The notes: generated by a model not told the origin, from the letters alone. A DNA stretch of 64,000 bases from Candidatus Bathyarchaeia archaeon (GCA_050013255.1 JBEKFP010000001.1:672001-736000); one strand, 5' to 3'; positions 38,373-49,083 are shown, counted from the first letter of the stretch. Made by a program: numbers and translations.

Positions 38373-39026
38373 TCATGGCATGTTCTTGGTTCTTTCCGAG
38401 TTGGGCATTCGGACCTTCAGGATTTTGAATCCTAATTGGACTGCTGGGCCTATGGCGAGGGCGGATACTAGCGTTCCGAGCCATGCGGGCCCCCCTAGCA
38501 ACCAACCGACCACGACCACGCTTATCTCGATTATTGTGCGCGCGATTCGCACGCTAGTTTTCCCGAGGCGTGACAGCGCGAGCATCAAAGTGTCCCTCGG
38601 CCCAGCCCCAGCGTTCACTCCAATGTAGATCGCGGTCGCAAATCCCATGATCAAAACGCCGAGGAGCAGGTATCCCAACTGAACGAGGACGGAACCGGGA
38701 ACAAGCGGAACGTAGGGCCTCAGGACGTCGACCCATACGCCGATGAAGATCATGTTCGCGACCGTCCCCCAACCCAACGGCTCTTTGAGGGCTACGTCGA
38801 CGAGAATTATGATGAACGCGACGCCAATGTTGGATTCGCCAAGCGTGATCGGTAAATGGTACGTTAACGCCATTTGGAGAACGTCCCAGGGGTCCAAGCC
38901 TAGGCTCGCCTGAACCATCACATCAATCGCCAACCCGAAGAGCAGAAAACCAATTTGAATAACGAAGAAGTCCCAGGCGAACCGCCTCCAACCCACCCAA
39001 CTGAACTTGAAGAACCTACTGTTCAT
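38373..39026 (-). CDS. YczE/YitT-like membrane protein
   Basis: LGLDPWDVL, GAGPRDTLM, GTLVSALAIGP. Confidence 0.8.
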   Translation of the reverse strand: MNSRFFKFSWVGWRRFAWDFFVIQIGFLLFGLAIDVMVQASLGLDPWDVLQMALTYHLPITLGESNIGVAFIIILVDVALKEPLGWGTVANMIFIGVWVDVLRPYVPLVPGSVLVQLGYLLLGVLIMGFATAIYIGVNAGAGPRDTLMLALSRLGKTSVRIARTIIEISVVVVGWLLGGPAWLGTLVSALAIGPAVQLGFKILKVRMPNSERTKNMP

Positions 39027-39159
39027 GGTTCGCAAGTCTGAACACCTGCCCGCAGAGTCTCCATTCTTCCATGGCGCATTGTCCGTTAGGTTTCGTATGG
39101 GGGCGCCTTCCAGCTGTGTTCTTCATATAGATGTGCCAGTCTTGGTGGGAGCGGTTCCC

Positions 39160-39678
39160 TTGGGTTCCCGCATCTTGCTCTGCATCTGTTTGATTGCAGG
39201 AGTACTGCTCATGATGATTTCAAGTTCCAATGTCGCGGCGCAAAGCTGCCAAAAGGTGACCGTTTCATCCAATTATCCTGAGCAGGCCGCTCCGAAAGAA
39301 CAGGTACAAGTGACTACGACCATAGCCGGCTCATGTACCTCGGGCCCCGAAGACTACTTCTCGGTGAGAGTGGATGTTACGGATCGTGTTTCCAAGGCTC
39401 TACTCTCATCGAACAGCGGTCCGATAGGCTACAGTACCACCAATTTCTCAGTGAACGTACAGAATTCAGTGACAACGCCAACAGGCAATCTGACGTGGCT
39501 AATAGAAATCGATAGTTACCTGATTATAGACGCGCAGGAATCCCATTTGAATTCAACAACAGGCAGGATTCAAGTTGGCAGCACGCCCATACCTGAATTC
39601 CAGGCCGCCCAACCGATCGTACTCCTACTAGCATTAGCCGCAACATTAAGCCTGAACCGACGGAAACTTCCCAAATAA
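39160..39678 (+). CDS. secreted protein with PEF-CTERM-like sorting tail
   Basis: signal peptide; ends PIPEF-hydrophobic-RRK; start approximate. Confidence 0.7.
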   Translation: MGSRILLCICLIAGVLLMMISSSNVAAQSCQKVTVSSNYPEQAAPKEQVQVTTTIAGSCTSGPEDYFSVRVDVTDRVSKALLSSNSGPIGYSTTNFSVNVQNSVTTPTGNLTWLIEIDSYLIIDAQESHLNSTTGRIQVGSTPIPEFQAAQPIVLLLALAATLSLNRRKLPK

Positions 39679-39813
39679 CGCGGGGGGCCAACTTTTCCGC
39701 GGACTGTGCGCCTTGAATCGCTTCCTCACATGCCCTGCCTTCCTGAGGAAGAATAAGGCCGAATCCCAAATTCGATCAGCTCGTTTTCTTACCTAAACGA
39801 ACTGGCAGAAAAC

Positions 39814-39839
39814 ATCTGTGCGCACCATTAGCCCCGCAC
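39814..39839 (+). repeat. dispersed repeat copy
   Basis: TGTGCGCACCATTAGCCCCGCAC. Confidence 0.85.
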
Positions 39840-39906
39840 ACACTATCCTAACACAAACGAAAATTTCTTTAGAGAAGATTCACGATAGTTACTCGAAGAT
39901 GATGAA

Positions 39907-40544
39907 ATGGCACCTAATCCTTTGAGGATAGGACAATCGAACTTCGGAAGTTCTGTGACGCAGCTGACTTCAAGCATCGCTGGATATCCTGCCCTGGAGG
40001 TAGATAACCCGAGCCCCAAGAGTGGTCAGGCCATCCTGGGATTATCCACAGCAAAAAGCGGAGACAACACTGGTGTGTATGGGCAGTCCGACTCGACCGG
40101 TGGAACAGGAATTCTTGGAATTGCGATCTCAGCAAGCGGCCTGAGTTTTGGCGTACGGGGTGAGGCATTTTCCACCGAGGCATAGCGGTCCGTGGGGTTG
40201 CAAGCGGAAAAACTGGCGCGAATTTCGGCGTTCATGGTGCAGCCCTGTCAAAGAAAGGGGCTGGCGTTTTGGCAGAGCACATGAAGAAAGGAGACGCTCT
40301 GCACTGCGAAGGTCACGCGATGCCGACCACTGACAACAAGTTCAATCTAGGTGATTCGAAGAGGCGTTGGAGACACCTTCACGCGAAAACCATAACGTCC
40401 GGCGACCTCGTATTCGATAACGGTGTAAAAGCCACCGAGGACGGAAACGGACTTGCCTTCACCAATGCGAAAGGAACAAAGATCGCGCGATTGGACTCCA
40501 AGGGTAATCTACACATTAAGGGAAGAGTAATCAAAGACCTCTAG
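39907..40544 (+). pseudogene. frameshifted Gly-rich fibre/adhesin-like gene
   Basis: ORFs 39907..40185 and 40269..40544 join by adding one base near 40178 (STE-GIAVRGVASG); GVxG repeats and PTTDNKFNLGDSKRRW motif. Confidence 0.65.
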
Positions 40545-40656
40545 CACTCAAGGTCAATTCGCCTAAGATCCCGACGCTAACATTCAGTTGAATCAAACCA
40601 AAACGAAGTAGTCGAGAGCGCAACGTAACCTCCCGTATTTTTCTAGCGCGCACACA

Positions 40657-40742
40657 CTGAATTTCACGCAGACCAATCGGTCGTACTCCTCCTAGCCTTA
40701 ACCGCAATATTGGGCCTGTACCGACGGCAGCTTCACAACTGA
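40657..40742 (+). pseudogene. orphan 3' tail of a paralogue of the PEF-CTERM-like gene
   Basis: EFHADQSVVLLLALTAILGLYRRQLHN* is colinear with EFQAAQPIVLLLALAATLSLNRRKLPK*. Confidence 0.8.
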
Positions 40743-40942
40743 CGCGGGGAAGATGGCGTTTGTCCGTATCTCGTTCTTCAGGTGGTTTGACGATTCGCTG
40801 CTGCGAGTAGCTTGGCAAGAAAGTGGGTAGAAAAGGGCGAGGAGTTCGCTTGATTCTACTAGGCCTTAGGGCGTTCGAAAGACACATTACTTTATACCTG
40901 CAAATTCCGAAACACGTTTCGAACACTATCGGCGCAGGCAGA

Positions 40943-42340
40943 ATGGATAAGTTAAAACCTAGAGCATTTGTTTCGTTTCTTTTGCTTCTAGCAATATGCA
41001 TTTCATTATTGTCTATACCAAACGCGAACAGTCAATCAGCCGCGGTAACGACCACGACTACTATTGAGCAGCCTCCCTCGGGTCAGTGTGCCGAAATTTC
41101 GCTTGCTTTCTCAGCGCGAGCAGGCCAGGAATTAGCGGGAACATTTTCGTCGGATGCATCAATCAGTTTCTACATTCTATCCCCGGCAGATTTTGATGCC
41201 ATCAGAAATCCAAATTGCAGTCTTCCATCAAGCGCAAGACCACTTTACAGCCAAACGAACTCAGTCGGCCATGATAATCCATACCGCACCCTAGTCTTCC
41301 CGTCCAACGGAACTTATTACATCGTTTTCGTCCTCCTAAACAGCAGCCAGGCTGAGCTCGCCAGTGGTTTTGCAACTGTTGAAGTGAGCTTCCCAGCTTC
41401 CACAATTTTCATCACGACCGAAGCCTCTTACACGATAAGCTCATCTAGCATAATCGTAAGGACAACTCAAAGCACAACTGAAAGCGCGACGGTTGCGTCC
41501 ACCGGCCCATCTTTCGGAACGTTCGGACTGATCGGATTGGTTGTTGCGGTGGGTCTGATAGCTTCAGTCATGGTGTTCATGAAGCGAGGAAAGTCACAGA
41601 CAGGGCAGAAAGTGGTCCTGAAACAGGAGACTGTAAAGAAAGAAGTTAGGCCTGAAAGCCCGCAGCCGAAACCGGGCCCGGCGGGACAGAATATCTCCAC
41701 AGGCTATCCCGAACTAGATACCATGTTGGCCGGAGGCCTTCCGCTCGGGCTTAGCATAGTTCTGACGGGCCCACCCTGCGATGAAAAAAACCTGATTCTC
41801 AGCCGTTTCTTGGAAACGAATCTGATATCCGGCCGCGAATGCATTTTCATTTCAACCTCACTTGACCGCGTTCGCGAAATGCTTTCGAAACACAAGAACC
41901 TCCATGTAATCCTCTGCAACCCGCAAGCTGAAACCATCGCTGCTCCCTATCCGGAAGTCGTCAAAATCAAAACCGTGGACAGCCTGATTCAGATCAATTT
42001 GGAATATGACGTCGCGGCGGGTGGTTTGAGTTCAGGAAAATCAGCAATTCTTTGCTTGGAGATCTTGGATGACGTGCTTCTTGAGCACCACGCGGCAACG
42101 AGGAGATGGCTCATGGACATTCTGGGGAGGGGCAAGGGAATTCAAATGACCTGCTTGGCGACGCTTAATCCGGCAATGCACTCCACACAGGAATTACAAG
42201 CCATTCTGGAAACATTCGACGGCCACATCGACCTGTACGAGGCCGCGGTCCAAGGGCGACCAAAACTAATCCAAGTCAGAAAGCTTGGGGGACGAACGTT
42301 CCTTGACAGCGAAGTACGCGTAGAGAAAGACCGAATATGA
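40943..42340 (+). CDS. single-pass membrane protein with degenerate KaiC-like domain
   Basis: signal peptide, TM, STGYPELDTMLAGG, GPPCDEKN; paralogue of 36739..38310. Confidence 0.75.
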   Translation: MDKLKPRAFVSFLLLLAICISLLSIPNANSQSAAVTTTTTIEQPPSGQCAEISLAFSARAGQELAGTFSSDASISFYILSPADFDAIRNPNCSLPSSARPLYSQTNSVGHDNPYRTLVFPSNGTYYIVFVLLNSSQAELASGFATVEVSFPASTIFITTEASYTISSSSIIVRTTQSTTESATVASTGPSFGTFGLIGLVVAVGLIASVMVFMKRGKSQTGQKVVLKQETVKKEVRPESPQPKPGPAGQNISTGYPELDTMLAGGLPLGLSIVLTGPPCDEKNLILSRFLETNLISGRECIFISTSLDRVREMLSKHKNLHVILCNPQAETIAAPYPEVVKIKTVDSLIQINLEYDVAAGGLSSGKSAILCLEILDDVLLEHHAATRRWLMDILGRGKGIQMTCLATLNPAMHSTQELQAILETFDGHIDLYEAAVQGRPKLIQVRKLGGRTFLDSEVRVEKDRI

Positions 42341-42517
42341 AAACTAACCAGCACACGCCCTTCGAAGCCGAGCAACCAATCTCAACTGTACATACCGCCT
42401 TTGTTATTGCAATATTGCAGATCTAATTCAAAAAAATACAGATCGAAATTTTTTTCGAGTTACACGGGCCCGAAAAGGATCCTTCGGTCATCACTGTTGT
42501 AAGAGTAGAATACTCTA

Positions 42518-43846
42518 CTAAGTCGTAGCCTCTGATGCAATCCGTGCATCAGTAGATGACGTAAGCTTTGCTGTACCTGAATGCGTTGTGAGAAATACGA
42601 TCTTGTCGGTACCATCGCGACGGCGCACAACGTGCTTCCTTGATTCCAACTTACCCAACAATCTGCTCATGGCCCATCCATCGACATCAAATTGGCTAAT
42701 GAGCTCACTTTGTTTTTGTGGACCGTTTTCCTGCAAATACATTATTACTTGGACGGCTAACGTCCTGAGTTCACTATGTTTTGGAAAGAGCCCATGGAAC
42801 TCCAATTCCATGTCTTCAGCCAATCTATCTAACGGAACTGACTTCTTGACAGTCTCCGTATCAATTTCCTGAGATCGGTCTGGCCTTTCCCAGAAATCCA
42901 AGGTTAGCTGAATATATCTGAGAAATCTTCTGAAGATCCCTCGACTCATGCGCGCAAGCGTGAGAAGCGCGTCCTCGGAGAACGGGTAAGTTGTCTCGAA
43001 TTCGAGCCGATAGGCGTCAACCATTTTTTCAGGATTCATGGGTCTGAGTTCAAACTGCCTCATCTTGTCCAGAAAATAGTGGTCTCGAAACATCTCCTTT
43101 TGGATAGCTACAACGATTGTTGCTGTGCTTCCTGCGCCAACGAGGTTGTTCCAAAACCAGTAAATGCCCTCGAAATCGCTATCCATCCGCCGTTTGTCTG
43201 TTTTCGAATAATCCGACGTGTCGATAAGAATGACGTGCGAGCTTAGAAGCGTCTTCAACCAAGTGTCACGTCGTAGCTTCTCAGTGGCAGCCTTCCCAAT
43301 CATCCTCTCCGCCCATAGTATGCCAGAAATCCCCTTTTCAATCTGCATCAGTCTGTCGACAACGTATCGTTGAACGCCTTCCTGGAACTCGAGGAACCTA
43401 TAGAAATCTGCCCCGTTCATCGTGTCGGAACAACTTTGAAGCTCCCCCAACAAAGCCGATAAGTATCGGGGAAGAAATTCGTCGGTCGCTTCATGAGTGA
43501 AGTTCAGAAGACTCGAAAAAAGTTCCTTCTCATTACGCCACTTGAAGATGACCCTCGACGAGTCCAATGAAAATGGTATGCCTGCAAAAAGCGCCTTAAG
43601 GGCGGTACTCTTCCCCACCCCTTGCTGCCCAACGAGACCAAACAACCCACGTCTACCCGAAGCGAATTCACGAGCCATGCTCTCCAGAACGTCGGGAACA
43701 ACGTAGGAATAACGAAGAGAATCTGGATCGCGAGTTTCACCGGCAAGCTGACTAGCCCAGTATCGAATTCTATCCACAGGAACGAGCTTCCTCAAATCGA
43801 CCGCCAAATTCCTCGGCGAACACTCAAGCACAGTCGAGAATATCAC
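42518..43846 (-). CDS. P-loop (AAA+-like) ATPase with C-terminal wHTH
   Basis: Walker A GQQGVGKST, SRGIFRRF, C-terminal MSRLLGKLE. Confidence 0.7.
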   Translation of the reverse strand: MIFSTVLECSPRNLAVDLRKLVPVDRIRYWASQLAGETRDPDSLRYSYVVPDVLESMAREFASGRRGLFGLVGQQGVGKSTALKALFAGIPFSLDSSRVIFKWRNEKELFSSLLNFTHEATDEFLPRYLSALLGELQSCSDTMNGADFYRFLEFQEGVQRYVVDRLMQIEKGISGILWAERMIGKAATEKLRRDTWLKTLLSSHVILIDTSDYSKTDKRRMDSDFEGIYWFWNNLVGAGSTATIVVAIQKEMFRDHYFLDKMRQFELRPMNPEKMVDAYRLEFETTYPFSEDALLTLARMSRGIFRRFLRYIQLTLDFWERPDRSQEIDTETVKKSVPLDRLAEDMELEFHGLFPKHSELRTLAVQVIMYLQENGPQKQSELISQFDVDGWAMSRLLGKLESRKHVVRRRDGTDKIVFLTTHSGTAKLTSSTDARIASEATT

Positions 43847-44204
43847 CGGAGTCTGAATAGTCAGTGAGATGAGTGAAAGTGCTCAGCAAACTTCTTGCGC
43901 TATATGAGACGGGAAACTTACTCTTCGGAAGTCTGAGGAGAGGAGCCGACATGACGACTAGCCATCCACACAGTACGCACCAAGCCACGAGACTACCCCG
44001 CCCTGCACAGCGCAATTGTAGGCTCGTAATTCAAGTACGCGAACCCGATCTTGCGAATACAAGAGATTGCCTGGTTCAAATTTGGCTGCCCGCACCACCA
44101 TACCGGGGATATTACATAGGGCTCATTTTCTGATGGCCACGTGGAAAAGGCTTAGGGGACGTGGAAATCCACATGTAACCACGTTGTCAAGTTTGAGAAA
44201 CCAA

Positions 44205-44733
44205 TCAGATGCACGAGGGTTCGAGCAAGGGGGGCATAGTACCATAGAGTCCAGAAATGGCAACTGCGGTCAACCAGAGACAGTTTAGCGAATGCTGCTG
44301 AGAAAGAACTAACGCAGTTATTGACTTACCCATCCCGGCTTGCACAGCAGGGTCGCTTTTCGTTATCTTATCAAGATCGACGTGAACCCACATGTTACGG
44401 TAGTCAGTTCTGATCTTGTTCAACACACACGCTATCTGCGAAGTGATCACATTCTTAGAACCTGAGTAGCTGATTGACTCCTCCCACTTCATTCCTTTCG
44501 CTTTATTCTTGCCCATTCCATGATCTAGGCAATAGAATCTATGTGCAGGTTCCGCACAAGTTCCACTGACGATGGCCGCGGAAGCAAACATTCCACTAAA
44601 GTAAGCCTGAGTCACCTGGTCCCAGAGTTCATCTACAACGACATCAATTGATGGACCAAGCTTGAGGCCCTTGATGTTGGACTCCGCCTGGCTAGGGTTT
44701 ACCTGAGAAACGAGTTGTGTCGAATCCGTTCAT
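44205..44733 (-). pseudogene. HEPN/DUF4145-like gene, apparently frameshifted at its start
   Basis: frame open about 38 codons upstream of 44615, with ATG 44733 one base out of frame; RNMWVH (RxxxxH). Confidence 0.5.
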
Positions 44734-44824
44734 CTCGTCTTGTTAGAGAGCCAGCTACTTAATACTAGGCCGCGGGAAATTTCACGCGTCTGAAGCATTC
44801 CACAACGATAAAGGAGAAAGCGAT

Positions 44825-47800
44825 ATGGAGAGCAAAGAAATAGTTCCCAAGTCATATCATTTCACAGATCCAACTCAAGAATGGATCTACAAGAAACTGC
44901 TACTTCTAGTAGGCCCTGGTCCAGCCTTATTCTATCAAGATGCTTGTTCCATCATGGCAGAGTCTATTGCTCTTCAATCAACAACCCACTTAGTGGGGCA
45001 TCTCCTTCGCGAGATCGAGAGTGCGCTCCGGGATGTGTTGGAGCCGATAGTGGTACATATCACTCCTGCGCACGATAAAGACGAATCTGCCAAACACAAG
45101 GCCGAGATACTCGCAATTCTTAGCTACTTGGACATACCGGACTCTGATCCCATCGCAGTTGCGTGGATGAAGCTAGCCGGTAGAGGATCAGACTATGCTC
45201 TTCACGCGCGAGCCCATCGCAGAGATCTCTCAGCACCGCGTCCGATTGATCAGGACTTTGTTCGCTTTTGGGATGATACTCAGATGATCCTAAAAATTGT
45301 ACTCGACAAATTTGAGACGCATTATGCGTCCGTATTTGACATCCTAGACAAGACACTCGTTACGAGTAGTCCGAGTATTGCTGACATAAAACAACTCCGA
45401 GCGCATGTACCCAATAACATGGTCACATGGAGCTACTTTTTCGGCAGACTTCAAAGCACAAAATGGCTGAGTCAGCTGAAACTGGCAGGATTCTTTGATG
45501 CTCCGCCTGATCCTCAACTTGATGACGAAAAGAAAACGATCAGGATGATACTATGGCCTCAGTCACAATATTTGGCCAGGATAGCATCAGAGAGCCCAGT
45601 TGAGGTTGTTAAAATTATCCTCGATATACCAGAAACAGAGAATCTCTTTGTTCATTCTGACCTTGTTGACGCAGCTCTAGCGATGCCACCGGTCCTCGCA
45701 GCAGAATGGGCAAAGAAGGAAATAGACTGGATCGAGAAGCGCGATAGGATCAACTTCCTGTTACCACAGAAGCTAGGCGAGTTGATCGGACATCTGGCAA
45801 GAGGCAAACAAGCCGATGCAGCCCTTGAGCTAACCAGATCTTTGCTAGGCACATTCTCCTCGGAGGATGAGAGAAAAGGTATTTCTCCGTTGGAGCCACA
45901 AGCTCGACTTGATACATGGCATTACGCGCAAATCCTCCAGACGGCAGTTTTGGACCTTATAGCAGCAGCGGGAGAAAAAGCGCTCGTCCTGTTCTGCGAG
46001 CTCCTCGAATCGGCAATTCAGACGTATGTAAAAAGTAGCGGTCCTGAGGATTACTCCTATCTGTGGAGGCCAGCGGTCGAAGACAGTGAACAGAACCTTC
46101 TCTCAGATCCGAAGGAATTGTTGGTGTCCGCTGTTCGCGATTCAGCATTTCAGATTATCAAAATGGACTTGATACGCCTGCCGGCGATTGTAGGTCAATT
46201 AGAGAAACGAAAATGGCTGATTTTCCAACGCATAGCTCTTCACCTATTGCGGACATTTCCATCTGGCTATGATACTCTGATCGCAGAGTGGCTCGCAGAT
46301 CAACTCAAGTTCGGTAACCTTGGCCTTTGGCATGAATACTCGCTACTTGCCCAAGATCATTTTGGTGACCTGTCCCTTGAGGACCAAGACAAGATCCTCA
46401 AATGGATTGGCGATGGCCCTGATGTCAAGAAATTCAATGCTATGGAAGGAAACCGCACAGGCAAGGCTCCATCTAAAGAAGAGATCGAGCATTATGTGAA
46501 GCGTTGGCGGTTGACATATTTAGCATCCATTCATAGTTCATTGCCAGAAAAGTGGATAACTCGTTACGATGAATTGAAGAAGGAGCTAGGCGAACCAGAA
46601 CATCCGGAATTCTTGATATACAGTGGTGGGGGTTTCGGCCCTACAAGTCCAAAGAACGCCCAAGAATTGCAGTTGATGAGTGCCGCGGAAATCGTGAGTT
46701 TTTTGAAGACTTGGCATCCTAATGGCGGATTTCTTGCATCTTCTCCAGAGGGCCTTGGACGTGTATTGTCTGGAATTGTGTCTTCAAATCCAGCCCGTTT
46801 CGCGGAGGTAACTAACCTATTCCGAGAGATTGAACCAACCTACGTTCGGGCTTTACTCACAGGTCTCCGTGAAGCGGTTAAGCAGAAGCATTCCTTTGCT
46901 TGGGCTACAATTCTTGAGCTTTGCCAATGGGTAATGGAACAACCTCGCACCATTACGGATCGAAAGGATAATTTCGAGTCCGACATGGGTTGGGTATGGA
47001 CGAGGAAGACTATCGCCGATCTGCTCTCCGCAGGTTTTGAAACTGGTCCCGGCGAGCTACCATATGATCTTCGGAACAAAGCGTGGAACGTGCTTGAGCG
47101 GATTACTGAAGACCCTGATCCCACTCCGGAACAAGAAAAGGCGAACTATGATACTCCGAATATGAATCCTTCTGAACTATCCATAAACTCAGTTCGCGGA
47201 GAAGCAATTCATGCGGTTGTACGCTACGCACTTTGGGTGAGACTACATCTGGAAAAGGAAACAGATAGCGAGCAACGTGTTGCACACGGATTTGATGAAA
47301 TGCCTGAAGCACGAGCAGTTCTAGACGCGCATCTCGATCCCGCGCGCGAATCTGCTTTAGCAATAAGGGCCATTTATGGGCAATGGTTCCCATGGTTGCT
47401 TCTACTCGATAAACGGTGGGCCTTTTCCAAGGTTTCCTCGATTTTTACACATGAGGCCAATCTCCGAGATTTCCATGATGTTGCGTGGGAGGCGTACCTT
47501 GTCTATTGTCCTCCATACAACAACGTCGTGGATGTGCTTCATGAAGAATATGCGGAAGCCGTAGAGCGGCTTGGCGAGGCTGTATCCAAATGGCGCTACA
47601 TCGGTGCCGACCCGAGGGAACGGTTAGCAGAACACCTAATGATACTATACTGGCGCGGAAAGTTAAACCTGACAGACGTCATTCTACGACGCTTCTTTGA
47701 AAGAGCCTCCGATAACACGCGCGGTCATGCCTTGTCCTTCGTTGGACGAGAGCTATCCAACGTCAAAGAGGAAATTCAAACTTCAACACTCGAAAGGCTG

Positions 47801-48229
47801 ATGATGTTATGGGAACACAGACTTGAAACCTCTGAGTTGTCGAAAACAGGATCAATCAAAGTAAGGGAACTGGCGGCTTTCGGTTGGTGGTTCGCCTCGA
47901 ACAAGTTCGATAACAAATGGGCACTGACCCAGTTATCGGCAATTCTAATGCGTGTAGATCAAGTGGAAGCTGAACATCAGGTCATCAAGCGCTTGGCATA
48001 TCTCGTTCCAAAGTTTCCAGAGCAGGTGATCCAATGTCTTTCCCTAATGATCACAGAGAGCAAGGGATCCTTGCTCGTTCTTGCTTGGCGTGAGCAGGTG
48101 CGTTTAATTCTTGGCGCTGGCGCCAATAGTGAAAATCCCAAAGCACGTGAGAACGCTGTAATTCTGATCAATCGACTAACTGCGCTTGGACATTTGGAGT
48201 TCCGGGACTTGATAAACAAGACTAGCTGA
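44825..48229 (+). CDS. 1134-aa putative defence protein: HEPN-like N-terminus plus long helical region
   Basis: HLLREIESALR...LHARAH, then W/L-rich helical repeats; no P-loop seen. Confidence 0.55.
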   Translation: MESKEIVPKSYHFTDPTQEWIYKKLLLLVGPGPALFYQDACSIMAESIALQSTTHLVGHLLREIESALRDVLEPIVVHITPAHDKDESAKHKAEILAILSYLDIPDSDPIAVAWMKLAGRGSDYALHARAHRRDLSAPRPIDQDFVRFWDDTQMILKIVLDKFETHYASVFDILDKTLVTSSPSIADIKQLRAHVPNNMVTWSYFFGRLQSTKWLSQLKLAGFFDAPPDPQLDDEKKTIRMILWPQSQYLARIASESPVEVVKIILDIPETENLFVHSDLVDAALAMPPVLAAEWAKKEIDWIEKRDRINFLLPQKLGELIGHLARGKQADAALELTRSLLGTFSSEDERKGISPLEPQARLDTWHYAQILQTAVLDLIAAAGEKALVLFCELLESAIQTYVKSSGPEDYSYLWRPAVEDSEQNLLSDPKELLVSAVRDSAFQIIKMDLIRLPAIVGQLEKRKWLIFQRIALHLLRTFPSGYDTLIAEWLADQLKFGNLGLWHEYSLLAQDHFGDLSLEDQDKILKWIGDGPDVKKFNAMEGNRTGKAPSKEEIEHYVKRWRLTYLASIHSSLPEKWITRYDELKKELGEPEHPEFLIYSGGGFGPTSPKNAQELQLMSAAEIVSFLKTWHPNGGFLASSPEGLGRVLSGIVSSNPARFAEVTNLFREIEPTYVRALLTGLREAVKQKHSFAWATILELCQWVMEQPRTITDRKDNFESDMGWVWTRKTIADLLSAGFETGPGELPYDLRNKAWNVLERITEDPDPTPEQEKANYDTPNMNPSELSINSVRGEAIHAVVRYALWVRLHLEKETDSEQRVAHGFDEMPEARAVLDAHLDPARESALAIRAIYGQWFPWLLLLDKRWAFSKVSSIFTHEANLRDFHDVAWEAYLVYCPPYNNVVDVLHEEYAEAVERLGEAVSKWRYIGADPRERLAEHLMILYWRGKLNLTDVILRRFFERASDNTRGHALSFVGRELSNVKEEIQTSTLERLMMLWEHRLETSELSKTGSIKVRELAAFGWWFASNKFDNKWALTQLSAILMRVDQVEAEHQVIKRLAYLVPKFPEQVIQCLSLMITESKGSLLVLAWREQVRLILGAGANSENPKARENAVILINRLTALGHLEFRDLINKTS

Positions 48230-48234
48230 AGCCT

Positions 48235-49083
48235 ATGAAGACAGGTTATTACTATTTCGCGATAGAACCGCTGGTTGAAAAATATGAAGATGTGCCAGAA
48301 GTAAAACCGCTGATCTCAGTACCTGTTAAGACGAGGTCGAAAACATTCGAAGTCTCATTCTTTGCCTTGGGCAACCAACTGCACATGCTTAGGGTTGCAG
48401 TTCCGGACCTGGTCGAGGATAGGATTTCAGAAGATGACGCAAAGGTTGTTCAGACCCTAAAGGAACATGCTCTCTCAGTGTTACGCATAACGTACGACCA
48501 TGGTGTCAGTATGTTTCCAATCCATTGGTGGAGCTTCGCTGAGGAAGGAAAGGAATACAGAGCGAGCATTTCGATACGGGAGCAAATACAGGAAACATTC
48601 CGCATCAATGCGAGAAACATACGGAACGTTTTCGTGAGTACCTTTCCGCTGAGATATCAGATTACGCTCATATCGGATTCGCAGGATAGGAGAGTCCCAC
48701 TACAGTATCGATACCTGTCACTTTACAAGATACTCGAACTCGAGTTCAAGGTAGGTGGCAAATGGAATCGAATGGCTCTCAACGAATTCTTGTCTAGATT
48801 TGAGAAGGAGTTCCACAAACTTCACGACGAGAAATGCATGCTGGGGAATTATGTGCATCGCTTGCGAGACAAATGTGCTCACTTCAAGACTGGAAAGGGC
48901 ATTATTGGCGTTACTCAGCTAAGGGGCAAAGATACCGAAGAGGTTACCAAATTCCTACCATTTATGACAGACATGTGCTCAACCCTTCTAAACGAGAAAT
49001 ACCAAGACAAAGGATTCTCTATCGTAAAAGCACAACAGTATTCCGAGTTCTTAGCGAGAGGGCAGGACGTACCCATTAACTAA
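48235..49083 (+). CDS. HEPN-domain (ApeA/MauJ-like) protein
   Basis: YLSLYKILE and LRDKCAH (RxxxxH). Confidence 0.6.
   Translation: MKTGYYYFAIEPLVEKYEDVPEVKPLISVPVKTRSKTFEVSFFALGNQLHMLRVAVPDLVEDRISEDDAKVVQTLKEHALSVLRITYDHGVSMFPIHWWSFAEEGKEYRASISIREQIQETFRINARNIRNVFVSTFPLRYQITLISDSQDRRVPLQYRYLSLYKILELEFKVGGKWNRMALNEFLSRFEKEFHKLHDEKCMLGNYVHRLRDKCAHFKTGKGIIGVTQLRGKDTEEVTKFLPFMTDMCSTLLNEKYQDKGFSIVKAQQYSEFLARGQDVPIN

Noticed and set aside
39690-39775. Luciferase-like monooxygenase N-terminal remnant (FGLILPQEG...AEKL) on the minus strand
   Set aside because: Too short to support without a search
40183-40185. TAG readthrough joining the Gly-rich ORFs
   Set aside because: The continuation is in a different frame; a single-base indel explains it
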